Positions 17,120 through 27,154 of a stretch of DNA of 64,000 bases are shown one piece after another. The translations under genes and the position numbers were made by a program. The notes beneath the pieces were generated by a model. That model saw only the letters and a program-made list of their open reading frames with translations. It was not told the DNA's origin and did not search any database. The stretch spans positions 186,001-250,000 of IMG/VR virus record IMGVR_UViG_3300046787_000200; one strand, written 5' to 3'. The stretch's first letter is position 1. Every line of letters begins with the position of its first letter.

Positions 17120-19824
17120 GCTACATTGACGCTATTCACAGCAGGGATGAAGATCGTATCTATGTTGTAGAACGAGATAAAGACGGTAAGCGCCAATACA
17201 AAGAATTCCCTACGAATTACGTATTCTATTATCCTGATCCTAAGGGTAAACAACGTAGTATTTTCAATGAACCAGTAAGTCGTTTTAGCACACGCAGACG
17301 ACAAGAATTTGAAAAGGAACGAAGAATTCATGGCAATAAGAAGTTGTATGAAAGCGATGTGAATGTAGTATTCCGTTGTCTTTCAGAAAACTATCTTGGT
17401 GTTGATGCACCTAAGCTTCATACATGCTTTTTCGACATTGAAGTAGACTTTGATCCTGTCAAAGGATTTAGTCCTACAAGTGATCCATTCAATCCAGTAA
17501 CTGCTATCAGTTGCTACTTAGATTGGCTAGATCAATGTATCACTCTGGTCATTGCACCCAAGCATATGACAAGTGAAACAGCAAATGAAATCGTAAGTGA
17601 GTTTGAAAACACAATGTTGTTTGAAAACGAAAAGGATATGTTTGATGTTTTCTTTCAACTAATTGAAGATGCTGATGTGTTGACTGGTTGGAACTCAGAG
17701 GGCTATGATATTCCCTACATGGTCAATCGTGTTACACGTGTTATGAGCAAAGATGATACACGCAAGTTCTGCTTGATGGGTCAATTGCCTAAACCACGAG
17801 AATACGAACGATTCGGCAAAAGTGAAACAACATATGACCTAGTAGGTCGTATTCACATGGACTATTTGCAATTGTATAAGAAATACAATTACGAATCACG
17901 CCACAGTTACAAACTAGATTCTATCGGCGAGATGGAAGTAGGCGAGAACAAAACACAATATGAAGGTACACTTGATCAATTGTATAACAAAGACTTTAAA
18001 AAGTTCATTGAATACAACAGACAAGATACCATGTTGTTGGTGAAGATTCACAACAAATTAAAATTCTTAGACTTGGCAAATGCTTTGGCACATGAGAATA
18101 CAGTATTATTACCCACTGTGATGGGTTCAGTAGCTATGATTGAAATGGCTATTATGAATGAAGCACACGAACGTGGATTAGTTGTTCCCGATAAAAAACG
18201 AAAGGTTGAAAATGCAGAAGAAGTCCAGCAAGCGGCAGGTGCCTTTGTTGCTACGCCGAAAAGAGGAATGCACGAATGGGTTGGTGCAGTTGACATTAAC
18301 TCGCTCTACCCCTCGGTTATTCGTGCCCTCAACATGGGTGGAGAAACAATTGTCGCACAAGTCAGACAGACACTAACGGATCAGTACATGAAAGAAAAAG
18401 GTGCTAAACTAGCACGTGAAAAGAAGTACTACAAAGAAGGTGACGATGACGTAACAGGCGCAATTCTATGGGAAGGACTGTTTGGTGCACTAGAGTACAC
18501 CGCAATTATGAACCAAGAACGTGGTACTATTTTATATGTTGATTTTGAAGATGGTCGTACTGAAGAAATGAGTGCGGCAGAGATTTGGAAGATGATCTTT
18601 GATAGTCATAAGCCCTGGATGTTAAGTGCAAATGGCACAATCTTTACTTATGAAAAAGAAGGAATCGTACCTGGTCTACTTACTCGCTGGTATACTGAAC
18701 GTAAAGCTATTCAGAAACAGGCTAAGGAAGCATATGGTACTGATATGTTTGAGTATTATGATAAGCGACAACTTGTTAGAAAGATTTTGCTTAACTCAGC
18801 ATACGGTGCATTGTTGAATGAACATTGCCGTTTTTATGACAAGCGTATCGGTCAATCTGTTACCCTAAGTGGTCGTCAGATTGTTAAACATATGATGAGT
18901 ATCATCAACGAAACAGTTGAAGGTATATACTCACATGAAGGCAATGCGATTGTTTATGGTGATACTGACTCATGTTATTTTACAGCATATACAACACTTA
19001 AAAAACAAATCGAAGACGGTGAATTAGAGTGGGACAAAGAAACCTGCATTGGTTTATATGATGGTATAGCTGAACAAGCGAACGATAGTTTTCCTGGTTT
19101 CTTAGAAAAGGCATTTCATGCCCCTAGAAAGAACGGTGCTATCATTAAAGCTGGTCGAGAACTGATTGGTGATCGTAGTATCTTTATCACTAAAAAACGT
19201 TATGCTATTAACATCTTTGATAAAGAAGGTAAGCGTAAAGACAAAGACGGACAACTAGGTGATATCAAAGCTATGGGTCTTGACTTGAAACGTGCTGATA
19301 CTCCTAAATATGTACAAGAGTTTTTGATGGACGTACTAAGTATGGTTCTTCAGCGTGGTAAGGATCGTACTGATGTTATTGAACGTGTCAAGGAATTCAA
19401 GCGTGTCATGGTTGCACAAGATAGTTGGACTAAAGGTTCACCTAAGTCAGTAAACAACTTGACTAAACATACACAAGTATTTGATAAAACAGGTAAGTGT
19501 GGTGTTGGTCATGCTAGAGCCGCTATCAATTGGAACTATCTACGTAAAATGAATAGTGATAATTACAGTCAACAAATTGTTGACGGCATGAAGATTATTG
19601 TTTGTAAACTTAAACCAAATCCTTTAGGCTTTACAAGCGTAGCTTATCCAGTTGACGAACTTAGACTTCCTCAATGGTTCAAAGAACTACCATTTGATGA
19701 TGAAGCAATGGAATCGACATTGGTTGATGAAAAGATTGACAACTTACTTGGTGTGCTTGATTGGGATATAAAGAGCAACATTGACGTTAAGTCTACATTC
19801 GATGATTTATTCAGCTTTGGGTAA
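17116..19824 (+). CDS. Family B DNA polymerase
   Basis: FFDIEV exo I, GWNSEGYD exo II, DINSLYPS, KILLNSAYG, YGDTDS, KKRYA; TTG start. Confidence 0.97.
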   Translation: MSYIDAIHSRDEDRIYVVERDKDGKRQYKEFPTNYVFYYPDPKGKQRSIFNEPVSRFSTRRRQEFEKERRIHGNKKLYESDVNVVFRCLSENYLGVDAPKLHTCFFDIEVDFDPVKGFSPTSDPFNPVTAISCYLDWLDQCITLVIAPKHMTSETANEIVSEFENTMLFENEKDMFDVFFQLIEDADVLTGWNSEGYDIPYMVNRVTRVMSKDDTRKFCLMGQLPKPREYERFGKSETTYDLVGRIHMDYLQLYKKYNYESRHSYKLDSIGEMEVGENKTQYEGTLDQLYNKDFKKFIEYNRQDTMLLVKIHNKLKFLDLANALAHENTVLLPTVMGSVAMIEMAIMNEAHERGLVVPDKKRKVENAEEVQQAAGAFVATPKRGMHEWVGAVDINSLYPSVIRALNMGGETIVAQVRQTLTDQYMKEKGAKLAREKKYYKEGDDDVTGAILWEGLFGALEYTAIMNQERGTILYVDFEDGRTEEMSAAEIWKMIFDSHKPWMLSANGTIFTYEKEGIVPGLLTRWYTERKAIQKQAKEAYGTDMFEYYDKRQLVRKILLNSAYGALLNEHCRFYDKRIGQSVTLSGRQIVKHMMSIINETVEGIYSHEGNAIVYGDTDSCYFTAYTTLKKQIEDGELEWDKETCIGLYDGIAEQANDSFPGFLEKAFHAPRKNGAIIKAGRELIGDRSIFITKKRYAINIFDKEGKRKDKDGQLGDIKAMGLDLKRADTPKYVQEFLMDVLSMVLQRGKDRTDVIERVKEFKRVMVAQDSWTKGSPKSVNNLTKHTQVFDKTGKCGVGHARAAINWNYLRKMNSDNYSQQIVDGMKIIVCKLKPNPLGFTSVAYPVDELRLPQWFKELPFDDEAMESTLVDEKIDNLLGVLDWDIKSNIDVKSTFDDLFSFG

Positions 19825-19831
19825 ATTGATG

Positions 19832-19860
19832 TTGCTTTATGCAATAAACTCCACTATAAT
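19832..19860 (+). promoter_or_regulatory. Sigma70-type promoter (late TAAATA also at 19878)
   Basis: TTGCTT-17-TATAAT. Confidence 0.65.
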
Positions 19861-19901
19861 ACATAACATAAACTGCCTAAATAGGTATACAAAGGAAAAA
19901 C

Positions 19902-20633
19902 ATGAAAGATTATTTACAAGATTTAATTACACACACTAATGGTCTAGGCAACGTAGACTTGATTAAAGTATCAGGTACTGATACTGAAACTAGTATCAAT
20001 GCAATCGCAGAGAACAAATCTGTTATTGTGTCAGGTACATTGAATAACCCTATCGCTGATTTCATCGGTGTCTTTGGTATGCCTAACTTAGGTAAACTAA
20101 AAACAATTCTAGGTTTTGACGACTATGATGAGAATGCTAAAATCTCAGTAGTACGTACTGACCGTGATGGTGTTAGTGTCCCATCTACAATTCACTTTGA
20201 AACTAAAGATGGATCTTTTGTCAATGATTATCGATTGATGACTAAATCAATCGTTGAAGAAAAAGTTAAAAGTGTCACATTCAAAGGTACTAGCTGGAAC
20301 GTTGAATTTGAGCCTACTATCGCAGGTATTCAACGACTGAAAAAGCAAGCAAGTGCAAATAGTGAAGAAGAACATTTCACATTCACAACAGTTAACGGTG
20401 ACTTGAAGATTAACTTCGGTGACCCGTCAACTCACTCAGGTAACTTTGTGTTTCAGCCGGGTGTTACTGGCTCATTGAGCAAAGCTTGGAACTGGCCTGT
20501 TAAGGTGTTCTTGGCTATCATGGACTTGCCGGGTGATAAGAAGGTTCGTATCGCTGATGCAGGTGCAACAGAGATTATTGTTGATAGTGGCTTAGCTACT
20601 TACACATATCTATTACCAGCTAATTCAAAATGA
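19902..20633 (+). CDS. Putative sliding clamp (gp45/PCNA-like)
   Basis: 243 aa, beta-rich, follows polB, ends in YLLPA like PCNA-type clamps. Confidence 0.55.
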   Translation: MKDYLQDLITHTNGLGNVDLIKVSGTDTETSINAIAENKSVIVSGTLNNPIADFIGVFGMPNLGKLKTILGFDDYDENAKISVVRTDRDGVSVPSTIHFETKDGSFVNDYRLMTKSIVEEKVKSVTFKGTSWNVEFEPTIAGIQRLKKQASANSEEEHFTFTTVNGDLKINFGDPSTHSGNFVFQPGVTGSLSKAWNWPVKVFLAIMDLPGDKKVRIADAGATEIIVDSGLATYTYLLPANSK

Positions 20634-20992
20634 TTGACTACGTATACGGAGGTGAGTTCCTAATCATTAATAGTAATAGGGGTTCATCACCTTATATTAA
20701 CAATAGTAACCCTATTACAGGTACTGTAGCATACGACTCTAGTAGTCAGACGTTGAAAGTCTATGATGGTAGTAGTTTTCAAACATTAGGTGGTGGAAGT
20801 GCTCATATCAATCTAACACCTAATGCTATCGACATCTTAAGGTGGGCTGAACAGAAAATGCTAGAAGAAGCCGAGCGCAACAAATTAGCAGAAACAAATC
20901 CCGCTATTAAAGATTTGATGGAACAGATTAAACAAAAAGAAGAACAAATTAAAATTGTTCAAGCATTGATTAAAGAAGAAGTAAAAGTTTAA
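20630..20992 (+). CDS. Hypothetical protein
   Basis: Coupled 120-aa ORF. Confidence 0.75.
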   Translation: MIDYVYGGEFLIINSNRGSSPYINNSNPITGTVAYDSSSQTLKVYDGSSFQTLGGGSAHINLTPNAIDILRWAEQKMLEEAERNKLAETNPAIKDLMEQIKQKEEQIKIVQALIKEEVKV

Positions 20993-22545
20993 TGGAACAA
21001 GTTAATCTATCAGCCGAACACAAGCCCGATTGGGCATTGTTTCTACCCGCAGTCAGTAGTTTCTACATTGCTGGCTTGGGCAAACAACGTAAGGGAGAAA
21101 ACTATTTCCCACCTGAACGTATTCCTGCAGGCTTTAACGGTGATGTAGAAAAACTAAACTTTCTTAATAGTAAAGAAGGTCTATACACTTATAAGTGGGG
21201 CTTGTATTCTGCAGGTCACGCTAACTTAGATACTACCAAAGACGATTCTAGTGAATCAATCATTAGAGAACGTGAAGAAGGTACATTCATGTTGGGTGAC
21301 AGTGGTGGATTTCAGATTCTTAAATGTCAATGGCCTGCTGACTGGAAAGATCCTAACTGCCCACGTGCTATGGTAAAGCGTAAAGCTGTATTGAACTGGA
21401 TGGACACATACATGGACTATGGTATGTGTTTAGATATCCCATCACAATCTCTCACAACTTATCATATCAAGGATCCTAAGACAGGTAAGAGTGCTCACGG
21501 TATCTCAACTATTGAAGAAGCTATTACTGCAACTCACATCAACAACGAATACTTTATTCAAAATCGTAATGGCAAATGCAAGTTCTTAAACGTACTGCAA
21601 GGTCGTAATCATACACAAAGTGATGATTGGTATGAAGAAATGAAGAAGTATTGTGACCCTAATATTTATCCAGATAATCACTTTAATGGTTGGGCGTTCG
21701 GTGGTCAGAACAAGATTGATGTACATTTGATGTTGCGTAGATTAGTGGGTATCATCCATGATGGACTATTGCAACCAGGCAAACATGATTTGATTCACTG
21801 TTTGGGTGTAAGTATTATGGAATATGCCGTATTGTTTAGCGATATTCAAAAAGCTATTCGTAAGTATCACAACCCAAATCTACAGATTACGTTTGACTGT
21901 GCAAGCCCATTCTTTAGTGCGGCTAAAGGATTAGCTTATTTTAACAACAGCATTGAACACGATAAGAAGTGGGCATACAGTATGGAAAAGACGGCTGAAA
22001 ACAAAGATTATGCTAATGATAATCGGAAATTCAGTGATGCTGTATTAGCTGATGGTATACATGACAAGTTTACAGACAGCCCGGTAACGGACCGTATGTT
22101 GATAAAGGACCTTTGCTATCGAGGTAAAGGCTTCATCGGTCAGCATGGTAAAGAAACTAAAACAAGTTGGGATACACTAAGCTACACCTTACTACAAAGT
22201 CATAATGTTTATATGCATATGACTGCTGTACAAGAAGCTAATCGTCAATATGATAACGGTATCATGCCCAAAATGGTTATGAGCAAGTTTGATGATGAGC
22301 ATTTCGGTCAAATTGTTGATAAGATATTTGCACAAAAAGATAGACAAAAGAGCCTAGATATGATAGAATCACATAGTAGCTTCTGGATGCAAATGAAGTC
22401 AGGTAGTCAGGGCTTAAGTGGTAAGAAAGCAATGAATGCTATGACTATGTTTGATCAATTATTTGAAGTAGCTGATAGTGAGCCGGAAGTTGAAGAAATT
22501 ATTGAAGATAGTGATGATGCTATCAATGAAGTTTTAGGAGACTAA
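20992..22545 (+). CDS. dpdA: TGT-fold guanine transglycosylase, DpdA-like
   Basis: MLGDSGGFQ, CLDIP, LNVLQG, GWAFGG, IHCLG, ITFDCAS; clustered with folE/queD/queE. Confidence 0.75.
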   Translation: MEQVNLSAEHKPDWALFLPAVSSFYIAGLGKQRKGENYFPPERIPAGFNGDVEKLNFLNSKEGLYTYKWGLYSAGHANLDTTKDDSSESIIREREEGTFMLGDSGGFQILKCQWPADWKDPNCPRAMVKRKAVLNWMDTYMDYGMCLDIPSQSLTTYHIKDPKTGKSAHGISTIEEAITATHINNEYFIQNRNGKCKFLNVLQGRNHTQSDDWYEEMKKYCDPNIYPDNHFNGWAFGGQNKIDVHLMLRRLVGIIHDGLLQPGKHDLIHCLGVSIMEYAVLFSDIQKAIRKYHNPNLQITFDCASPFFSAAKGLAYFNNSIEHDKKWAYSMEKTAENKDYANDNRKFSDAVLADGIHDKFTDSPVTDRMLIKDLCYRGKGFIGQHGKETKTSWDTLSYTLLQSHNVYMHMTAVQEANRQYDNGIMPKMVMSKFDDEHFGQIVDKIFAQKDRQKSLDMIESHSSFWMQMKSGSQGLSGKKAMNAMTMFDQLFEVADSEPEVEEIIEDSDDAINEVLGD

Positions 22546-22546
22546 T

Positions 22547-22759
22547 ATGCCATATAAAAATCGTATTAAGACATTAGAAGAATCAGTTAGATTACTAGAT
22601 AATCAAATCTTTCAATTAGAGAAAGCCGGTAATAGTGATCCTGAGAAAATTAAAAAGTTGAGAGAGACTAAAGATAAGTATTTTACCGAATTGCGATTAA
22701 TGAATAGAGCGCAATGGGACAATGACCATAACACAGTAGATTTCGGAGATGACCGATGA
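22547..22759 (+). CDS. Hypothetical coiled-coil protein
   Basis: AGGAG RBS; 70 aa. Confidence 0.7.
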   Translation: MPYKNRIKTLEESVRLLDNQIFQLEKAGNSDPEKIKKLRETKDKYFTELRLMNRAQWDNDHNTVDFGDDR

Positions 22760-23211
22760 ACGAACAAGTATCACAAGCATTAGCTGAAAAACGTCAGCGT
22801 ATTAAAGATAAAGCAATTCGTACAATTTTTGTACGTTTTCAAAAAGAAGGTATTCATAAGTACCCAGCGGCTGCAACAGACCCTAACTTGGCAACAGGTG
22901 ATGAGTATGATGTTAGCTTTCTAGCAACTCCACATCGACACATCTTTCACTTTGAGGTGTCGATTGAAGTGTTTCACAACGACCGTGATATCGAGTTTAT
23001 TCAATTCAAGCGATGGTTAGAGAATCAATATTCTCAAGGCATTCTTGCATTGGATTACAAAAGTTGTGAAATGATTAGTGATGACCTCTATGAAGTTATT
23101 GCAACTCGATATCCAGATCGTAATATCGTTATTCAAGTATCAGAAGATAATGAAAACGGTGCTACGATTGTTTATAACACAACACAACCTTATCAACATC
23201 TAGCTATTTAA
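22756..23211 (+). CDS. dpdL: QueD paralogue, DpdL-like putative CDG decarboxylase
   Basis: LATPHRHIF (LxxxHRHxF instead of CxxxHGH), DRDIEF, SCEM, VSEDNENGA T-fold tail. Confidence 0.7.
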   Translation: MNEQVSQALAEKRQRIKDKAIRTIFVRFQKEGIHKYPAAATDPNLATGDEYDVSFLATPHRHIFHFEVSIEVFHNDRDIEFIQFKRWLENQYSQGILALDYKSCEMISDDLYEVIATRYPDRNIVIQVSEDNENGATIVYNTTQPYQHLAI

Positions 23212-23224
23212 AGGAATTAATAAA

Positions 23225-23431
23225 ATGGCAAAACAACAATATCAATCTAACCCTCGTGTTAATCAAATTTTCGAGGACCTTGAGAACTACTTGGCATTCT
23301 GCCAAGACTTTGGTTACAAGTTTGACGAATCAACCTTGTACGATATGCGTAGTTTCGCATATCGCCAGTTCACTAAAGCAGTGGTAGGCAAGTGGGCTAA
23401 AGATCAATGGGCTGAGGATACTCGTCCATGA
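23225..23431 (+). CDS. Hypothetical protein
   Basis: AAGGA RBS; 68 aa. Confidence 0.7.
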   Translation: MAKQQYQSNPRVNQIFEDLENYLAFCQDFGYKFDESTLYDMRSFAYRQFTKAVVGKWAKDQWAEDTRP

Positions 23432-24195
23432 ACATTGTCTTAGTCACAGGCGGCTTTGACCCACTACATACAGGTCATATCGCTTATTTTAATGCCGCAA
23501 GACAACTAGGCGACAAGCTTATCGTTGGCATCAATAGTGACGAATGGTTGGCTCGCAAGAAGGGTCAACCTTTTATGCCTTATGATGAACGTGCAGGAAT
23601 CATTTGGGCGTTACAAGATGTAGACGGTATCATTAAGTTTGATGATAGTGATAACAGTAGCCGTGATGCTATTGTTAAATTACGTGAACAATGTCCCGAT
23701 GATACTATTATCTTTGCTAATGGTGGCGATAGAAATCAAACAAATATCCCTGAAATGCAAGGATTTGAAGAAGATGCAAACATTCTATTCGCTTTCAATG
23801 TAGGCGGTGATGACAAAAAGAACAGTAGTTCTTGGATTCTACAAGAATGGAAAGCACCCAAAACAGAACGAGATTGGGGATACTATCGTGTTCTACACGA
23901 AGTAGATGGTACTAAAGTAAAAGAACTTACAGTAGAACCAAAACAATCTCTTAGTATGCAGAAACATTCAAAGCGTAGTGAACATTGGATCGTTACTGAA
24001 GGCAAATGCAAGATACGCCGTTATGCTGAAACGGGTGAATTGACTGAGACAGTTCTAAGCAAACATGATACAATCACTATTCAACCTGATGAATGGCATC
24101 AGCTAGTTAACACGTTTAGCAAACCATGTAAAATCGTAGAGATTCAATATGGTAAGAAATGTGTAGAAGAAGATATTAAGAGACAAAATGCGTAA
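23428..24195 (+). CDS. Cytidylyltransferase fused to a mannose-6-phosphate-isomerase-like cupin
   Basis: TGGFDPLHTGH, ANGGDR, NSSS; WGYY, LSMQKH..RSEHW, IVEIQYG. Confidence 0.85.
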   Translation: MNIVLVTGGFDPLHTGHIAYFNAARQLGDKLIVGINSDEWLARKKGQPFMPYDERAGIIWALQDVDGIIKFDDSDNSSRDAIVKLREQCPDDTIIFANGGDRNQTNIPEMQGFEEDANILFAFNVGGDDKKNSSSWILQEWKAPKTERDWGYYRVLHEVDGTKVKELTVEPKQSLSMQKHSKRSEHWIVTEGKCKIRRYAETGELTETVLSKHDTITIQPDEWHQLVNTFSKPCKIVEIQYGKKCVEEDIKRQNA

Positions 24196-25387
24196 ACTAT
24201 TTTACATGGGCCTTGAGCCTTACAAAGCACGATATACATTGCAGTTACAAGACTGGAATGAAGCTGTATTCAAACGCAGGGGCATTGACTATGTTATTGT
24301 TCCGGGCGAAACATTATCTAATGACCAAGCTATTGTTACAGGTCAAGTACTAGACGCACATGGTCGCACATACTTTGGTATGAGTCAACTTATGAATCTA
24401 GTTAAGATGATGAAGCAAGGTGATGTAGGCGCAGGTGATATAGTTTATTTTGAAGATATGTTTCAGCCGGGCATTGAATCATTGCCCTACATTATGAAAC
24501 AGATTCCGATCACAAGTCGTCCTAAGATTTTTGTTCGATGTCTAGCACAATCTATTGACCCTGATGATTTCGTACACGTATGGGGTATGAGTGAGTTCAT
24601 GGGTCACTATGAGAAGATGGTTGATAGTTTTGCTGATGGTGTGCTTGCTAGTAACGAAGAAATGGTCATGCATATGAAGATTGCGGGTTGGAAGGCACCG
24701 ATCTACAATATCTCAGGCTTAGCGTTTGGTAAGAGTGAAGTACGAGGACGTGTCGGTAATGCTATCAAACCATTCAATGAGCGTAAGATGCGTATTGCAT
24801 TCAGTGCTCGTTGGGATCAGGAAAAGCAACCAGACTTCTACATGGATGTGATTGAAGAATTCTTTGACCGTTATGGTTATAAGGATCGTTATGGTGTACC
24901 TCGCAATGTAGAATTCTGTGTATTCAGTGGCAGTGCTTTAAAAAGCAACAATGATAGTTACATGAAGCGCACCAAAGAAATGCAAAGTCGTGGTATGTTA
25001 CGTATATACGAAGACCTAGATAAGAATGCATATTATGGGTTGTTGAATGATACTAGAATATTGTTTAACTGTGCTTTGCAAGATTGGGTAAGTAACACAG
25101 TAAGTGAAGCAGATGCATTGGGTTGTAATGTATTGTATCCCGCATATCGTAGTTTCCCTGAAACATTTGCGAATGACTATACAAGACTTTATACGCCCTG
25201 GAGTGTTGAAGATGCGGCAATTAAGTTGTATAATATGTTACATCAGCCGCATATGAATCAAGGAAAGATTAGTGATTGGACTGATGGTACAATCGATAGA
25301 ATTTGCGATATCCTAGAAGGTAACGGACAACAATGGTTGCGTATGGATAGTGATTATCGTAAACACACCCGTGAAGCAAAATATTAA
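24188..25387 (+). CDS. GT-B fold glycosyltransferase
   Basis: ARWDQEKQP; QDWVSNTVSEADALGC; YRSFPE. Confidence 0.75.
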   Translation: MRKLFYMGLEPYKARYTLQLQDWNEAVFKRRGIDYVIVPGETLSNDQAIVTGQVLDAHGRTYFGMSQLMNLVKMMKQGDVGAGDIVYFEDMFQPGIESLPYIMKQIPITSRPKIFVRCLAQSIDPDDFVHVWGMSEFMGHYEKMVDSFADGVLASNEEMVMHMKIAGWKAPIYNISGLAFGKSEVRGRVGNAIKPFNERKMRIAFSARWDQEKQPDFYMDVIEEFFDRYGYKDRYGVPRNVEFCVFSGSALKSNNDSYMKRTKEMQSRGMLRIYEDLDKNAYYGLLNDTRILFNCALQDWVSNTVSEADALGCNVLYPAYRSFPETFANDYTRLYTPWSVEDAAIKLYNMLHQPHMNQGKISDWTDGTIDRICDILEGNGQQWLRMDSDYRKHTREAKY

Positions 25388-25397
25388 GGAGAAAATT

Positions 25398-25592
25398 ATG
25401 AGCGCACAAAATGATATTGAAACAAGCTTGGCAGCATACAATGCTGAGAATGATAAGTTTAACAAAGGTAATGCAGCCGCTGGCACTCGTGCTCGTAAAG
25501 CATTAGCAGAGTTAGCTAAAGCAGTTAAGGCTCGCCGTAATGAAATTACAGCAGAAAAAGCCGCACGTGCTGAAGCAAAAGCTAAGGCTTAA
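25398..25592 (+). CDS. Histone H1-like (Hc1/HctA family) protein
   Basis: KFNKGNAAAGTRARKAL.EL; AAGGAG RBS. Confidence 0.75.
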   Translation: MSAQNDIETSLAAYNAENDKFNKGNAAAGTRARKALAELAKAVKARRNEITAEKAARAEAKAKA

Positions 25593-25594
25593 TC

Positions 25595-25825
25595 ATGGCA
25601 ACCAGCAAGAAGAAATCAGGTAATGTTCCTTCTGGTGGTTGGCCCAAGATAGTTCAGGGTACTCATCTCACTGTGAAAACATTTGAAGATGGGCACACTG
25701 AATTAGTTTGGGATTGGGACGCATTAGTTAATGAAGTCCGTGAAGCTTGTGCTAATGTAGAACTTGCTAACATGAAGCCTGCAGTTCGGGCTAAATCTAA
25801 AAAATCAGTTACTAAATCAAAGTGA
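25595..25825 (+). CDS. Hypothetical protein
   Basis: 76-aa ORF in the operon. Confidence 0.65.
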   Translation: MATSKKKSGNVPSGGWPKIVQGTHLTVKTFEDGHTELVWDWDALVNEVREACANVELANMKPAVRAKSKKSVTKSK

Positions 25826-25857
25826 TAAATAATTGTGCTACACAACGGTAGCACAAT
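25826..25857 (+). promoter_or_regulatory. Late promoter core plus perfect 10-bp leader hairpin before folE
   Basis: TAAATA then ATTGTGCTAC-ACAACG-GTAGCACAAT. Confidence 0.55.
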
Positions 25858-25891
25858 GTCAAAACAAAACCATCACAAAGGAAGGTTATCT

Positions 25892-26572
25892 ATGAGTTAT
25901 AATAAAACAAAAACAGATCCAGAGTTGGGTCAACAAGTGCATGAGCACTTAGTAAAAATGGGTGTTGAGACACCCACAAAACCAAACAAACTTATTCGCA
26001 CAGATAAGATTCATATCATTGAAGGTCATTTCAAATCTATCATGGAAACTCTAGGGTTAGACTTAGAAGATGATAGTCTTATGGATACACCTAAGCGTGT
26101 TGCTAAGATGTATGTAAATGAAATCTTTTGGGGACTTGATTACGAAGCATTCCCTAAATGTACAACAGTTGACAACAAGATGCAATACAACGAAATGGTT
26201 GTAGAGCGTAATGTTAATGTTCAATCTAACTGTGAACATCATTTTGTAGTAATCGATGGATTGGCTACTGTAGCTTATGTCCCTAAGCAAAAAGTTTTAG
26301 GGCTTAGTAAGATTAACCGTATCGTAGAATATTTCAGTAAACGTCCTCAAATTCAGGAACGCTTAACAGAGCAGATATTTCACACCTTACAGTTCATCCT
26401 TGATACAGAAGATGTTGCAGTTATGATTGATGCACAACACTATTGCGTGAAATCACGTGGTGTAGAAGATACAGGTAGCTCTACTGTTACATGTCGTTTA
26501 GGTGGTGGATTCAAAACTGACCCAGCCGCAAGACAAGAATTCTTGCAAATTGCTAATAAAGGTTGCAAATGA
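25892..26572 (+). CDS. folE: GTP cyclohydrolase I
   Basis: TPKRVAKM, SNCEHHF, GLSKINR, RPQIQERLT, HYCVKSRGV. Confidence 0.97.
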   Translation: MSYNKTKTDPELGQQVHEHLVKMGVETPTKPNKLIRTDKIHIIEGHFKSIMETLGLDLEDDSLMDTPKRVAKMYVNEIFWGLDYEAFPKCTTVDNKMQYNEMVVERNVNVQSNCEHHFVVIDGLATVAYVPKQKVLGLSKINRIVEYFSKRPQIQERLTEQIFHTLQFILDTEDVAVMIDAQHYCVKSRGVEDTGSSTVTCRLGGGFKTDPAARQEFLQIANKGCK

Positions 26573-26700
26573 TTCTCACTCTACTAATCTCAATCGCAGT
26601 AGTGGTTGGTGTTGTAGTGTTGTTTGCTACAATGCCAAATAATAGTAAATGTAACGGCAATTGCAATCAAGGTCGTAATTGCACATGTAAGGATCAATAA
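26569..26700 (+). CDS. 43-aa membrane peptide with CxxxCNQGRxCxC motif (not in ORF track)
   Basis: ATGA-coupled; hydrophobic N-terminus, Cys-rich tail. Confidence 0.65.
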   Translation: MILTLLISIAVVVGVVVLFATMPNNSKCNGNCNQGRNCTCKDQ

Positions 26701-26918
26701 TGGGACTAGTATATAAAGAAGTTGAAGTTGATGTTGATTTAGAAGATTTTGACACTGACGAACTGATTGAAGAATTAGAACGCCGAGGTACTGGTGCTGT
26801 AGATTATGGTAATGGTACAGAAGTGTTACAAACAATCTATGAAAAGCGTAGACTAGGATTAGATTATCAACGAGAACTAGACCAATTAATATGGCTAGGT
26901 TTAGGGAGAGTTGTATAA
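26700..26918 (+). CDS. Hypothetical protein
   Basis: EVEVDVDLEDFDTDELIEELERRG; coupled. Confidence 0.7.
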   Translation: MGLVYKEVEVDVDLEDFDTDELIEELERRGTGAVDYGNGTEVLQTIYEKRRLGLDYQRELDQLIWLGLGRVV

Positions 26919-27154
26919 TGGGGTATCGTAAACAAATGGATTATAACGCAGTACATCATCAAATCTATATGAGTGGTGTAGAATTGCATAGCAACTACAA
27001 TGATGGTTTCAATCAATTTGAAATCAAAAAAGACCTACATCGCATCAAGTGGTTGTTAGATGAGATTCTAGTAGACAGTCCTACATTCGTTGGTGAAGAA
27101 GAATTCTTAAAAGAACACGAACAAACTAAAATGTGGAGGACTCTTTCAAAATGA
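26918..27154 (+). CDS. Hypothetical protein
   Basis: TAATG coupling; GGAG RBS. Confidence 0.7.
   Translation: MGYRKQMDYNAVHHQIYMSGVELHSNYNDGFNQFEIKKDLHRIKWLLDEILVDSPTFVGEEEFLKEHEQTKMWRTLSK

Noticed and set aside
17116-19824. Intein or intron in the DNA polymerase
   Set aside because: Normal length, contiguous motifs, no splice-junction signatures.
25832-25891. THF-II (folE motif) riboswitch
   Set aside because: I cannot see its conserved sequence; only generic hairpins are supported.
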